A DNA stretch of 64,000 nucleotides. Origin: an uncultured delta proteobacterium. Lineage in GTDB: Bacteria > Desulfobacterota > Desulfobacteria > Desulfobacterales > QNYZ01. Where the stretch lies: the NCBI GenBank assembly GCA_963845145.1, contig CAWJQU010000005.1:1280001-1344000 (forward strand), given 5' to 3'. The notes under the pieces are model-generated. The model ran no database searches. It worked only from the letters and a program-made list of their open reading frames with translations, and was not told where the DNA came from. Below, piece by piece: positions 8,543 to 19,083 of this stretch. Made by a program: the position numbers and the translations under genes. How positions within the stretch are numbered: position 1 is the first letter of the stretch; every line of letters begins with the position of its first letter.

Positions 8543-10816
8543 ATGTCATTAAAAACCCTAAAATGGGCGGCGATTCTCTGTTTTTTGGTGGCCATGGCAA
8601 TTTTATTGGGTGGCGGGGTTTACATGAAAAAAGATCTTCCGCCATATCCAGGTAAAATCGTGGGCCCCGGCGGCGACATTCTTTTCGAGAAAGCGAACAT
8701 TATGGCCGGTCAAGATGTTTACCAAATGTACGGGCTAATGGATCATGGCGCGGTCTGGGGGCATGGATCTCAACGGGGACCTGAGTTTTCAGCCCATACT
8801 TTGAATATCATGGCTGATGCAATCGGTGATTTTTATTCCCAAAAAGACCATGGTAAACCCTATGGCGATTTGACCGGTCTCGAAAAGGGGATCATCGATG
8901 TTAAAATTAAACATGAAACCAAAACAAATCGTTATGATGCAGCCAAAGATACCCTCGTGCTAACCGAAGCTCAGGTTGAGGGCGTAACAAGGGTTCAACA
9001 ACACTGGGATAAAATGTTTAAAGAGGGTGAACAGCGATATGGCTTTCTCCCCAACACGATCGGTGATGAAACCCAGCGACTTGAGATTTCAAGATTTTTC
9101 TTCTGGACTTCCTGGGTAGCGTCTACCTTACGCCCGGGAACGGACTACTCTTACACAAATAATTGGCCCCCGGATAGAAGGGTTGGCAATACAGCCAGCA
9201 CTGAAACATACTTTTATTCGATCGCCGGTATCGTTGCTTTGCTTGTGGTTCTGGGGTTGTTTGTCTTCTGGATTCATCGTTACGGGTTATGGTACGGCGC
9301 GCCCAAGGGCGTTGCTCTGTCTGAAAAGCTGATCGACATGCCCTTGACCTCCAGTCAGCTCTACGCCGCGAAATTTTTTGTGGTGGTTATTCTGCTGTTT
9401 TTGGTGCAAACATGTTTTGGCGGCTTGCTAGCCCATTACACGATTCATCCGGGGACGTTCTTTCTTCCTTTTGTGGCCGAGCTCATTCCGTACAGTTGGG
9501 CAAAGAGCTGGCATTTACAATTAATGGTTTTCTGGGTGGCGACTACCTGGCTGGCCTCGGCCATCTACCTGGCACCCATTATTGGCGGAAGGGAGCCGGC
9601 CAAACAGGGATGGCTGGTCCAGATTCTTTTTGGTGCCGTTTTGCTGGTTGCCGTGGGTAGTCTCACCGGGGAAGTCCTCGGTATCAAAGGCATGCTGGGC
9701 GACTTGTGGTTCTGGTTCGGTCATCAAGGCTGGGAATTCCTGGAATTGGGGCGGGTCTGGCAGATCCTGCTTTTTGGCGGCCTAATTTTTTGGCTTCTGA
9801 TCGTGTATCGAGCGGTGGGTAGCCACCTGAGAAGCCACAAAGATGAGTTCAGCGCGTTGATCTGGTTTTACGTGTTCAGCGCTGTTCTGGTCGTGGCTTT
9901 TTTTGGCTTCGGTCTTTTTTACGGCAAGGGATCACACCTGACGATGGCGGACTACTGGCGCTGGTTTGTGGTCCACCTTTGGGTTGAAAGTATTTTTGAG
10001 TTTTTCGGCATTGCCGTCATTGCTTTACTGATGGTGACGATGGGACTGGCTACGGCCAAGTCTGCTTTACGAGTGGCTTATTTTACCGCAGCCATCACCT
10101 TCATCAGCGGCATCGTCGGAACTGCGCATCATTACTATTGGTACGGTGGGGCCGCCTTTTGGGTTGGGTGGGGAGCAATCTTTTCTTCTATGGAACCCGT
10201 GCCGCTAATGACTTTGGTGGTTAGAGGATTAATGGAGTACCGCGATATCCGTAAAGAAGGCCAGGCGTTTAGTTATAAGTGGCCCATGTATTTTCTTGTG
10301 GCTGCATCTTTCTGGAATTTTCTAGGCGCCGGAATTTTCGGATTTGTGATCAATCTACCGATTATCAACTTTTATGAGCACGGGACCTATTTAACAATGC
10401 ACCACGGCCATACCGCAATGTTCGGTACTTACGGCATGCTGTCCGTTGCTTTACTGTTGTTTTCCTGGCGGGGCCTGGTCGACAAGGCCCACTGGAATGA
10501 TGGTATATTGAAGGTGTCTTTCTGGGGGCTAAACGGTGGATTGTTTCTGATGGCTTTTGCCACCTTGCTGCCGGTTGGGGCTATCCAGGCATGGGTTTCG
10601 TTTAAAGAGGGGCTTTGGGTGGCGAGAAGTGCGGATTTCTTCGAGAAGGGAATTGTCGTTTTTCTTGGAAATTTCCGTGCGATTCCCGATACGATCATTA
10701 TTGTCTTGGGCGTATTACCGTTAGCCTATTTTCTTATCACCACTTACCCCCACCTGAAAGCCGTGGAGATCAAAGATGGCGAATCCGTGTGGGATAGGCT
10801 GGGAATCGAGCTATAG
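8543..10816 (+). CDS. norB: Quinol-dependent nitric oxide reductase (qNor)
   Basis: AAGGAGG RBS; GxVWGHG, VVHLWVE, GTAHHYYW and HHGHTAMFG heme/Fe ligands; YTNNWPPD. Confidence 0.93.
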   Translation: MSLKTLKWAAILCFLVAMAILLGGGVYMKKDLPPYPGKIVGPGGDILFEKANIMAGQDVYQMYGLMDHGAVWGHGSQRGPEFSAHTLNIMADAIGDFYSQKDHGKPYGDLTGLEKGIIDVKIKHETKTNRYDAAKDTLVLTEAQVEGVTRVQQHWDKMFKEGEQRYGFLPNTIGDETQRLEISRFFFWTSWVASTLRPGTDYSYTNNWPPDRRVGNTASTETYFYSIAGIVALLVVLGLFVFWIHRYGLWYGAPKGVALSEKLIDMPLTSSQLYAAKFFVVVILLFLVQTCFGGLLAHYTIHPGTFFLPFVAELIPYSWAKSWHLQLMVFWVATTWLASAIYLAPIIGGREPAKQGWLVQILFGAVLLVAVGSLTGEVLGIKGMLGDLWFWFGHQGWEFLELGRVWQILLFGGLIFWLLIVYRAVGSHLRSHKDEFSALIWFYVFSAVLVVAFFGFGLFYGKGSHLTMADYWRWFVVHLWVESIFEFFGIAVIALLMVTMGLATAKSALRVAYFTAAITFISGIVGTAHHYYWYGGAAFWVGWGAIFSSMEPVPLMTLVVRGLMEYRDIRKEGQAFSYKWPMYFLVAASFWNFLGAGIFGFVINLPIINFYEHGTYLTMHHGHTAMFGTYGMLSVALLLFSWRGLVDKAHWNDGILKVSFWGLNGGLFLMAFATLLPVGAIQAWVSFKEGLWVARSADFFEKGIVVFLGNFRAIPDTIIIVLGVLPLAYFLITTYPHLKAVEIKDGESVWDRLGIEL

Positions 10817-10832
10817 TTCCCTGCCGGTGAAC

Positions 10833-10864
10833 ATAAGGCAGGACCCAGGCGGCCCTGCCTTTAT
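10833..10864 (+). terminator. Intrinsic terminator after qNor
   Basis: ATAAGGCAGG...CCTGCCTTTAT stem-loop. Confidence 0.6.
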
Positions 10865-11026
10865 CCAAATTGTTGTTTTCGGTGGTGCGTTCTGTAATTT
10901 TCGTTTAAAATGGCAGTAACCACTGGTTTCCATTCAGAAGGGTTCCCACCCTGGGCTCCCATTCGGATAAACCGGGCGGTTAAAAGGGGTTGGCACTTTC
11001 TAATCGGGCGTCGTTCGCGTCCTTAC

Positions 11027-11608
11027 TTAAACAAAGGCCCAGTGAAGGGATGAACCGGTTTGGGTGATCGCCGCGATGTGGTCTTCGGTAAACCAGGTGT
11101 GACAGACGTCCCATTTTTGATCTTCATAGGCCGAGACAAGGTGGCTGTCATCGATAATTTCCACGATGTGGCATTTGGACAACCCGGTAAATCCCACACC
11201 CATGGCTTTTAAAACCGCTTCCTTGGCCGTCCAGAAACGCAAAAAGTTAATCGTCGTACGCTCCCCGATGAGCGCCCATTCCGCCTGTTCCGCAATTTTA
11301 TCCATTAAGCCCGCATTAACAGGTCGCTTTTTTTCGATATCGATTCCAACCGGCTTTGTAGCGACTACGCCGCCCACATACTCGGACTTATGGGATATAG
11401 ACCAATAGATACCATCGGTGGGGATCGGGGCGCCATCTTGATCTTTACGAAATTCGGTTAAATCTAAACCACTTTTATGAGCACTGATGTGTGCCGCCTG
11501 GCGGGCCAGCCGGCTCAAAGATCGGACCCGCTCCTTGCCCCGCGGAAACCGCGCGATTTCAGGGACTTTCATGATCACCGGCCGTAGTATTCCGGTGCTA
11601 TTCATCAT
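11027..11608 (-). CDS. 4'-phosphopantetheinyl transferase (Sfp-like)
   Basis: SISH, VGIDIE and FWTAKEAVLKA motifs. Confidence 0.9.
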   Translation of the reverse strand: MMNSTGILRPVIMKVPEIARFPRGKERVRSLSRLARQAAHISAHKSGLDLTEFRKDQDGAPIPTDGIYWSISHKSEYVGGVVATKPVGIDIEKKRPVNAGLMDKIAEQAEWALIGERTTINFLRFWTAKEAVLKAMGVGFTGLSKCHIVEIIDDSHLVSAYEDQKWDVCHTWFTEDHIAAITQTGSSLHWAFV

Positions 11609-12524
11609 TTGATTGCATCCTTAACGCCTCTTTGTACACCTGATTGCGAGATGTGCCCAATTGATCGGCCACAAGTCTGGCAATGGCAGACAAAGGAAGA
11701 TCCTGGCTCTCAAATGCGTTTGCGAGCGCCGCTTGGATAACCGTTTTAGATACCGGGGATTTGTCGGTGTTTCCTGCCACCAGCAGCGTGCATTCCCCCT
11801 TGATCGTTTTTCTTTCGGACAATTGGTCGGCAATGTCCTCCAGAGATCCTCGAATAAATTCTTCATGCAACTTGGTTATCTCCCGTGCCAGTACTGCCGG
11901 GCGATTACCAAGGACAGCTTTTAGGTCTTGAACCAATCCAAGGAGCCTTTTTGGAGATTCATAAAAGATTAAGGTAATCGTTTCATTTTCCAGGGATTGA
12001 AGTTGCTTGGCGCGTTGGGCTTTCTTGGTTGGCAAAAATCCAATAAAGGTAAATCTGTCCGTGGGCAACCCGGCGACACTTAGGGCTGCCACCAGGGCCG
12101 ATGGGCCCGGTATGGGGACCACGGAAATTTTCTCAGCCGCGGCAGCGGTAACCAGGCGATACCCGGGGTCTGACACCCCAGGCGTCCCGGCATCGGAAAC
12201 CAAGGCTAAATCGTCACCGGCTTTCAACCGCTCAATGAGGTTAGCCGTTTGTCGGGCCTCATTATGGTCATGATAGGCGATCAGTGGGGTTTTAATTTTG
12301 TAGTGAGCCAAAAGTCGGCCGGTGTGTCGTGTATCCTCGGCCGCTACAATTTTGACCTCGGTCAACACCCGAATGGCCCGCAAGGTAATGTCTTCCCGGT
12401 GCCCGATGGGTGTGGCCACTACGTACAGGGTGCCCTTGTACGGGTCGGCACCGGTTTTACAGGAACCTGGTTTATAGGTACCGGGATTATTAGCTGGATT
12501 ATCCGAAGGCAAGGTTAAAGGCAT
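11598..12524 (-). CDS. rsmI: 16S rRNA C1402 2'-O-methyltransferase
   Basis: LYVVATPIG, AEDTR, SDAGTPGVSDPG, YESP, REITKLHEE. Confidence 0.95.
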   Translation of the reverse strand: MPLTLPSDNPANNPGTYKPGSCKTGADPYKGTLYVVATPIGHREDITLRAIRVLTEVKIVAAEDTRHTGRLLAHYKIKTPLIAYHDHNEARQTANLIERLKAGDDLALVSDAGTPGVSDPGYRLVTAAAAEKISVVPIPGPSALVAALSVAGLPTDRFTFIGFLPTKKAQRAKQLQSLENETITLIFYESPKRLLGLVQDLKAVLGNRPAVLAREITKLHEEFIRGSLEDIADQLSERKTIKGECTLLVAGNTDKSPVSKTVIQAALANAFESQDLPLSAIARLVADQLGTSRNQVYKEALRMQSNDE

Positions 12525-12870
12525 TTTGGATATGTTCGACTATGGGCATTTCATCGGCATACCGAATGGTAACCACGTCAAATCGGGCGCGCCGGCCGGT
12601 ATAACCGGGTTTTTTTAAATAGGCCATTGCCGCAGCGGAAAGGTGGCGCTGTTTGGTGGGGGTAACGGCGAATTTCGGATGGCCGTACCGATCGGATCGC
12701 CGGGCTTTCACCTCTACAAAAACGATGATATCGCCGTCTGCAGCAATAATATCGACTTCACCCCTGGGTGTGCGGAAATTTTTTTCGATAATACGGAATC
12801 CGCGACGCTTGAGAAAGCCGATGGCCAGCTCTTCATTTTTTTTTCCAAAGCGTTGGGAGCGGGCGGTCAT
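12499..12870 (-). CDS. yraN: YraN family (UPF0102) nuclease-like protein
   Basis: GEVDIIA...FVEVKAR, RFDVV. Confidence 0.92.
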   Translation of the reverse strand: MTARSQRFGKKNEELAIGFLKRRGFRIIEKNFRTPRGEVDIIAADGDIIVFVEVKARRSDRYGHPKFAVTPTKQRHLSAAAMAYLKKPGYTGRRARFDVVTIRYADEMPIVEHIQNAFNLAFG

Positions 12871-13514
12871 AGGCTCACCCGGTCGGTTATCGCATTGGGA
12901 ATAACACCCTTGAAGGTTTTTCGATGAATCGGACAGTACCCGTAAATTTTAAGGGCCTCTTTATGCGCCTGAGTCGGGTAGCCTTTGTGTCGGGCGAAAC
13001 CGTAATGCGGGTATTCGTCATGATAGCGGGCCATCAGACGGTCCCGTGTCTCCTTGGCGACGATAGATGCCGCGGCAATGGAGATACTCTTTGAATCCCC
13101 TTTTATTACGGCGTTCTGTTTAATCATGGTGCCCCAGAGGCGATCAAACGGAATTCGATGCGGGCCATCAATGAGCAAATAATCAGGAGATGGGGTTAAG
13201 TTGGCAACAGCAAAGGCCATTGATAAAAGTGAGGCGTTGAGAATGTTGTGGCGATCAATGAATATAGGGTCGACAATCCCGATTCCCACCGTCATAGCCT
13301 GCCGATAGATCTCATTATAAAAATGGTTGCGTCTGCCGGAAGAGACTTTTTTTGAATCGGTCAGCCCGGGTGCATGGAAACCTTGTGGCAATACAACCGC
13401 CGCGCTGACAACAGGGCCGGCCAGGGGCCCTCGTCCGGCCTCATCGGTTCCCGCAATGCATCGATAACCTCTTGATGCAGCATCCCGTTCAAGATGCCAT
13501 TTTGCTTCTTCCAT
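12867..13514 (-). CDS. rnhB: Ribonuclease HII
   Basis: DEAGRGPLAGPV, DSKK, KGD...IAAASIVAK, HKGYPT. Confidence 0.96.
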   Translation of the reverse strand: MEEAKWHLERDAASRGYRCIAGTDEAGRGPLAGPVVSAAVVLPQGFHAPGLTDSKKVSSGRRNHFYNEIYRQAMTVGIGIVDPIFIDRHNILNASLLSMAFAVANLTPSPDYLLIDGPHRIPFDRLWGTMIKQNAVIKGDSKSISIAAASIVAKETRDRLMARYHDEYPHYGFARHKGYPTQAHKEALKIYGYCPIHRKTFKGVIPNAITDRVSL

Positions 13515-13558
13515 TAGACCCTGGCGGTATTGCCGATAAAGATAAAAATGGACCGGTC

Positions 13559-13906
13559 CTAATTCTCACGGCGTTCGCGAATTCTGGCCGCCTTACCCCG
13601 TAATTTTCTTAAATAGTAAATTTTTGATCGGCGCACTCGCCCGCGGGTAATCACTTCAATTTGATCGATGTTGGGTGAGTGCAGCGGAAAAATTCGCTCT
13701 ACACCGACACCGTAAGAAACCTTGCGTACGGTAAAAGTGGCGTTGGTGGTACCGTTGTGCTTTTTAATGACAACGCCTTGAAATGCCTGAGTCCGCTTTT
13801 TGTCGCCTTCGCTGATACGGACATGCACTTTGATCGTATCTCCGGGATCAAATGCAGGGAAATCAAGCCGCATGTTTTCTTTTTCGATTAGTTCTAATTT
13901 TCCCAT
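13559..13906 (-). CDS. rplS: 50S ribosomal protein L19
   Basis: [29 protein letters not shown]. Confidence 0.98.
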   Translation of the reverse strand: MGKLELIEKENMRLDFPAFDPGDTIKVHVRISEGDKKRTQAFQGVVIKKHNGTTNATFTVRKVSYGVGVERIFPLHSPNIDQIEVITRGRVRRSKIYYLRKLRGKAARIRERREN

Positions 13907-13974
13907 GGTTCCTCCAATAATATCAGTATGTACTATATTTTATTATTTTAAACCAAAAATAGCCAAACAACCAT

Positions 13975-14562
13975 CTAATATCCCATCAAGCGATCCAGCA
14001 CCGCGGTGGCGGCCGATCTAACCGACAGGTGGTTATAATCCGTTTTACCTCTGATCGGATGTAGACGAACATCTGCCTGGTCAATGACTTCGGGTGCCAG
14101 CCCCCAAGCCGTACCAAAAACCAGCAGATGGGGCATACCATCGTTGAGTCGTTGCCGCAAGGTTTTAAAAGAAACACTCTGCGGTTTCTTTTTCGCACTG
14201 GTTACCACGATTTTCGGTGTGCCCGTGTCACGGATCGCGATTCTTTTGGTGACCGATTCAAGGGTGTCCGCCAGCCGGATGATCTCCAGCGCCTCGCGAC
14301 GCTTCGGATTATATTCAGCGCCATAGCCTGTAACCCAGTGGTCTTTGATTCGCCGAACAAGTTTTTGCTGATCTTTCAGCGGGGTCACGACGTAAAATCG
14401 CTTCACGCCAAATGTTCGTGCGGCTCGAGCAATGTCGTGCAAATCGATAGATGTGACCGCCGATGTAATGGTCTCACCAGATTTGCCCAAGACCGGATAA
14501 TGAAGCAGCGCCACATAAATATTCTTATTTTTCCGGGCATCATGTCCTGAAGCGTTGGTCAC
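13975..14562 (-). CDS. SPOUT-type RNA methyltransferase, trmD-associated
   Basis: LLHYPV, DLHDIAR, FGTAWGL, YNHLSVRSA. Confidence 0.85.
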   Translation of the reverse strand: MTNASGHDARKNKNIYVALLHYPVLGKSGETITSAVTSIDLHDIARAARTFGVKRFYVVTPLKDQQKLVRRIKDHWVTGYGAEYNPKRREALEIIRLADTLESVTKRIAIRDTGTPKIVVTSAKKKPQSVSFKTLRQRLNDGMPHLLVFGTAWGLAPEVIDQADVRLHPIRGKTDYNHLSVRSAATAVLDRLMGY

Positions 14563-15326
14563 GATCGATTTGTCTCACTTTTCCCCAGAATTTTTCCGAA
14601 CCGGGTGTACCACTTTTTGAGAATTCGAAGTTCCTCCTCATTCAATGATTGCCGACTTAAAAGATCCGGCCGTTTTAAACAGGTGCGAATTAATGCGGAT
14701 TCCGCACGCCATTGATCAATGCGCTTATGATTGCCGGATAAAAGAACTTCCGGTACGGTCCGGCCTTCATACTCCCGCGGCCGTGTATACTGAGCATGGG
14801 CCAACCGTTGTGCGGCGAAAGAGTCCGTATCGGCGGAGTGCTCGCCGCCCAATGCCCCCGGCAACAAACGGGTTACGGCATCAATGACCACCATGGCGGG
14901 AATTTCGCCGCCGGTCAAGACATAATCACCAATGGATAATTCCCGATCCACCATGGTTTCGCAAATTCGTTCATCCACACCTTCATATCGCCCGCAAATC
15001 AATACGGCATGATCGATATTCGAAATCTCCTGGGCGATATTCTGATTAAACCCGACCCCCTGAGGCGTCAGATAAATCGTTTCCACTTTTCCCTTTTCGT
15101 TGGTCACCGCCCGAATAGCCGCTGCCAGCGGTTCGGGCTTCATCACCATACCGTCGCCCCCGCCAAATGGACGGTCATCGGTGACACGGTGGCGTCCGGT
15201 GGCGTGATCACGGAGGTTGATGATTCCCGTTTCAATCAGGCCCTGGTCAATGGCTCGTCTAACGATTCCATGCTCAAGAAAACCGGTAAACATTTCCGGA
15301 AAAATCGTCAGGATCGAAAATTTCAT
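14559..15326 (-). CDS. trmD: tRNA (guanine37-N1)-methyltransferase
   Basis: DDRPFGGGDGMVM, CGRYEGVDER, SIGDYVLTGGE. Confidence 0.97.
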   Translation of the reverse strand: MKFSILTIFPEMFTGFLEHGIVRRAIDQGLIETGIINLRDHATGRHRVTDDRPFGGGDGMVMKPEPLAAAIRAVTNEKGKVETIYLTPQGVGFNQNIAQEISNIDHAVLICGRYEGVDERICETMVDRELSIGDYVLTGGEIPAMVVIDAVTRLLPGALGGEHSADTDSFAAQRLAHAQYTRPREYEGRTVPEVLLSGNHKRIDQWRAESALIRTCLKRPDLLSRQSLNEEELRILKKWYTRFGKILGKSETNRS

Positions 15327-15352
15327 AGGTTACAATCATTTTGGAACCCGAT

Positions 15353-15376
15353 AAAAAAACCGGCCTTGAAGGCCGG
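15353..15376 (-). terminator. Intrinsic terminator between rimM and trmD
   Basis: Minus strand CCGGCC-TTCAA-GGCCGG followed by T7. Confidence 0.65.
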
Positions 15377-15507
15377 CATCGAGATCATAAAAAATGCGCT
15401 TTAAGCGCTATGGAAATGGCCTTTATCCCAAAATCCGAATCGTTAAACCTAAGTCAGAACCAATAACCGGTTGCATGGGTTCCGTTGCGGTGCCAGTGTT
15501 TATCAAA

Positions 15508-16017
15508 TTACATTGATTCCAAGCATTTAACCCGCATGCGCTGTGTTTTTACATCCACCTCATCGATCACTGCGGCGATCGCTGGAATCAGGATCTCTTT
15601 GGCCCCGTCTATAACCACATAAACGTCGTTGGCGCCGGTATCGATGATTCGTTCAATGACGCCCATATAGACTCCCTTGGCATCATTGACGGTCATTCCG
15701 ATCAGGTCGTACCAATAATACGTACCGTCCGTCAGTTCGGGCAATCGGTCACGATCAATTAAAATGTCAAACGCTTTTAAAGCACTGGCCGTATCCCTGT
15801 GGTTCACGCCCACAAGAGATAAAAGCAGATGGCGGTGATGCGGTTTTACCCACTTAACGATCCGTTTTTGAATATCACCCCGGGGCGATTTTAGATAGAT
15901 CGTTGCATCGCAGCCAAATATCTCCAACGACTCGGCATAGGAGAACACCTTGACCGCTCCGGTTCGTCCATGGGCACCTACAATCTTTCCCATGGGGACC
16001 AAATGCTCATCGTTCAT
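15508..16017 (-). CDS. rimM: Ribosome maturation factor RimM
   Basis: GKIVGAHG, YYWYDLIG, TGANDV, ILIPA; operon context. Confidence 0.95.
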   Translation of the reverse strand: MNDEHLVPMGKIVGAHGRTGAVKVFSYAESLEIFGCDATIYLKSPRGDIQKRIVKWVKPHHRHLLLSLVGVNHRDTASALKAFDILIDRDRLPELTDGTYYWYDLIGMTVNDAKGVYMGVIERIIDTGANDVYVVIDGAKEILIPAIAAVIDEVDVKTQRMRVKCLESM

Positions 16018-16029
16018 CGTTTTTCCGAA

Positions 16030-16260
16030 CTATTCAACAATCTCCAACACCGTGCGCTTATTCAATTTTGCCGAGGCGGCACTTAGAATGGTGCGCATGG
16101 CTCTGGCGGTTCGGCCTTGCTTCCCAATGACCTTGCCCAAGTCTTCTTTGGCCACGGTAAGCTCCAGCACCGAGGTTTGGGCGCCTTCGATTTCATTGAC
16201 GTCAACTTGCTCGGGATTATCCACCAGGGCTTTGGCGATAAATGTAACCAGGTCTTTCAT
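16030..16260 (-). CDS. khpA: KH-domain RNA-binding protein
   Basis: GGAGGAG RBS; MKDLV...[13 protein letters not shown]; lies between rpsP and rimM. Confidence 0.92.
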   Translation of the reverse strand: MKDLVTFIAKALVDNPEQVDVNEIEGAQTSVLELTVAKEDLGKVIGKQGRTARAMRTILSAASAKLNKRTVLEIVE

Positions 16261-16304
16261 AACTCCTCCTCTTTCGCCTTTTAATAAATGGGGTAGCGAG
16301 CTCT

Positions 16305-16559
16305 CTATTCGGCCCTGGAAAAAGCCTCTTCCTTTTTCAGAATGCTTTTGACGGTGTCTGACGGGAGGGCTCCTTGTTCGATCCAATATTGAACCCGCTC
16401 CGCTTCCAGATTCACCGCCACCGGATCTTTCAGGGGATCGTAGGTCCCCAGTATTTCCAAAAATTTTCCATCCCGGGGACTTTCAATGTCCGCCGCAACG
16501 ATACGGTAAAATGGTCTTTTTTTGGCGCCATATCTGGCCAGCCTAATTTTTACGGACAT
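16305..16559 (-). CDS. rpsP: 30S ribosomal protein S16
   Basis: [25 protein letters not shown]. Confidence 0.98.
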   Translation of the reverse strand: MSVKIRLARYGAKKRPFYRIVAADIESPRDGKFLEILGTYDPLKDPVAVNLEAERVQYWIEQGALPSDTVKSILKKEEAFSRAE

Positions 16560-16587
16560 TCTCTCTCCTATCCTATCCCACTAAAGA

Positions 16588-17916
16588 TTAAAACGGGAAA
16601 CCACCGCGGCCCAAAGCGCGCATTCCCCCTTTGTTCATTTTTTTCATCATTTTCATCACTTGGGCATAATTTTTCAACAATTTGTTTACTTCTTGTACAC
16701 TGGTTCCGCTCCCTTTAGCAATCCTTTTTCGACGACTGCCATTGATGATGGCATGCTTTTGGCGCTCAATGGGTGTCATGGAGTTAATCATGGCCTCTAC
16801 CCTGATCAATTCACGGTCATCCACCTTCAAATGCTTTAACTGTTTGCGCCCGATGCCGGGGATCATTTTGATCAGGTCGGTGATTGATCCCATCTTGCGA
16901 ATTTGCACCATCTGGTCTTTGAAATCCTCCAACGTGAACTGGCTTTTGCGTAGTTTTTTCTCCAGTTCAACGGCTTTTTTCTCATCAACAACCGACTGGG
17001 CCTTCTCGATGATGGTGAGCACATCGCCCATGCCCAGAATTCGCGAGGCCATGCGTTCCGGGTGAAAGGCTTCCAAGTCCTCAGATTTTTCACCCACGCC
17101 GACAAACTTGATCGGCTTGCCCGTAACCGATTTGATGGAGATCGCCGCCCCGCCACGGGCATCGCCATCCATCTTGCTCAGTACGACTCCGCCGACATCA
17201 AGCGCATCGTTAAAGGCCTTGGCGCTGTTCACGGCATCCTGGCCGGTCATGGCGTCGGCCACGAAAAGAATGTCCGTTGGATTGACGGCTGCCTTGATCC
17301 GACGAAGTTCATCCATCAACGCTTCATCGACATGGAGCCGACCGGCGGTGTCCAAAATGACCACATCGCAACCCTGATGGTGGGCCGCTGTGCGTGCCGC
17401 CTGGCAAATACCCACCGGATCCATGTCCGTTTGGGAACCAAAGACAGGGACATTGAGCTGGCTGCCCAGTTTGGTGAGCTGGTCGATGGCCGCCGGGCGG
17501 TAGACATCGGCAGGCACCAAATAGGGCCTTTTACCCTTATTGCGTAAATAGACGCTCAACTTACCGGCCGTGGTCGTTTTACCGGAACCTTGTAATCCGA
17601 CCAACATAACCGCAACGGGATGGGGTCCGCTGAGCCTCAGGTCCTCATGGTGCTCACCCATCAGGCGGGTCAGTTCTTCATTGACAATCTTGACGACTTG
17701 TTGACCCGGTGTTAGGCTGCCCATCACCTCCTGGCCCATGGCACGGGTTTTAATGTCGGCAATAAACCGCTTGACGACGCGATAATGCACGTCAGCTTCA
17801 AGCAGGGCCATGCGAACCTGTTTGAGGCCTACCTCAACATTTTTTTCAGACAGCTTGCCCTGCCCCTTGAGCTGTTTGAAAACGTCGTTTAGTTTATCTG
17901 TAAGGGCATCAAACAT
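16588..17916 (-). CDS. ffh: Signal recognition particle protein
   Basis: GLQGSGKTT, DTAGR, DGDARGGAA, M domain. Confidence 0.98.
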   Translation of the reverse strand: MFDALTDKLNDVFKQLKGQGKLSEKNVEVGLKQVRMALLEADVHYRVVKRFIADIKTRAMGQEVMGSLTPGQQVVKIVNEELTRLMGEHHEDLRLSGPHPVAVMLVGLQGSGKTTTAGKLSVYLRNKGKRPYLVPADVYRPAAIDQLTKLGSQLNVPVFGSQTDMDPVGICQAARTAAHHQGCDVVILDTAGRLHVDEALMDELRRIKAAVNPTDILFVADAMTGQDAVNSAKAFNDALDVGGVVLSKMDGDARGGAAISIKSVTGKPIKFVGVGEKSEDLEAFHPERMASRILGMGDVLTIIEKAQSVVDEKKAVELEKKLRKSQFTLEDFKDQMVQIRKMGSITDLIKMIPGIGRKQLKHLKVDDRELIRVEAMINSMTPIERQKHAIINGSRRKRIAKGSGTSVQEVNKLLKNYAQVMKMMKKMNKGGMRALGRGGFPF

Positions 17917-18003
17917 TGAGTTTCGATTGTCCTACAATCATCCCCAAAATGTGAACCAATATTTTCATTGCGAAAACCTTTACAATAATCTATTTTAGCA
18001 TCA

Positions 18004-19083
18004 ATGTCAAGAATTTATCCTACACAAGATCGTTGCGATCATAAAAAATCGGATATTAAAGAGCTGACCTTGGCGGCCCTTAAAACATGGCTGGAGAATG
18101 AGGGGGCCAAGCCATATCATGCCGGACAAATTTTCAAATGGATATACGCCCGACAGGCCGATAGTTTCGACGAAATGACCGATGTCGGCAAGCCGTTGCG
18201 CGCCCAATTGGCAGACGATTTCACCATCGCCCGTCTTGACCAGGTAAAGGTGGAAACCGCTACCGACGGCACACGTAAATATCTGTTCAAACTCGGCGAT
18301 GGCAATCTCATTGAAAGCGTGCTCATACCGGAACGCAACCATGATACCTTATGCATTTCCAGCCAGGTGGGGTGCGCGCAAGGATGTCGGTTTTGTCTGA
18401 CGGGTCAAGGCGGCTTTGTGCGCGATCTGACCCGGGGTGAAATTGTTGCCCAGATTCGGGATATCCGCAAGGAACGGGGCGATTCAGCTCGTCTGACAAA
18501 CCTGGTCTTCATGGGAATGGGGGAGCCATTAGCCAACTACGACCATGTTGTCTCGGCGTTGGCGACTATTCGGGATGCTCGTTTTGGCCTGGCTTTTACC
18601 TCGCGACGGGTTACCCTGTCCACCGCGGGGCTGGTGCCCAATATGGCTCGTCTGGGTCAGGATTCCGATGTGAGCCTGGCCGTTAGTTTAAACGCCGCCG
18701 ATAACCACACGCGCAGTCGACTCATGCCGATTAATCGGCACTATCCCATCGAAACACTCATTGAGGCCTGCCGCCTATACCCCCTAAAAAAATATCGAAA
18801 AATTACTTTTGAGTATATTTTGATCAAAGATGTTAATGATTCACCCCAAGACGCCGAGCGTCTGGGAAGAATGCTGAGTCCGGCCTGGGCCAAAATTAAT
18901 CTGATTCCGTTCAATCCGTTTGAGGGGAGCGTTTTCTCGCGGCCTGAAAATGCGACCATTGATCGTTTCATCGCGATACTGCATCGCCGGCAGTTTGTCG
19001 CCATTGTTCGGCACAGCAAGGGACCGGATATCTCCGCTGCCTGCGGACAGCTTCGTGTCCGGGCTGCGTTAGAGAATCAATAG
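18004..19083 (+). CDS. rlmN: Dual-specificity RNA methyltransferase RlmN
   Basis: CISSQVGCAQGCRFC, MGMGEP, AACGQL. Confidence 0.96.
   Translation: MSRIYPTQDRCDHKKSDIKELTLAALKTWLENEGAKPYHAGQIFKWIYARQADSFDEMTDVGKPLRAQLADDFTIARLDQVKVETATDGTRKYLFKLGDGNLIESVLIPERNHDTLCISSQVGCAQGCRFCLTGQGGFVRDLTRGEIVAQIRDIRKERGDSARLTNLVFMGMGEPLANYDHVVSALATIRDARFGLAFTSRRVTLSTAGLVPNMARLGQDSDVSLAVSLNAADNHTRSRLMPINRHYPIETLIEACRLYPLKKYRKITFEYILIKDVNDSPQDAERLGRMLSPAWAKINLIPFNPFEGSVFSRPENATIDRFIAILHRRQFVAIVRHSKGPDISAACGQLRVRAALENQ

Noticed and set aside
8543..10816. qNor as a putative NO dismutase (Nod)
   Set aside because: Canonical HLWVE, HH and HGH ligands are all present; no Nod-type substitutions seen.
10865..11026. 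Possible ncRNA between qNor and the PPTase gene
   Set aside because: Only weak pairing; no convincing promoter-terminator unit or known motif.
11027..11608. Sfp-type PPTase as a sign of an NRPS/PKS cluster
   Set aside because: No carrier-protein or synthase genes nearby; it sits at the end of a housekeeping operon.
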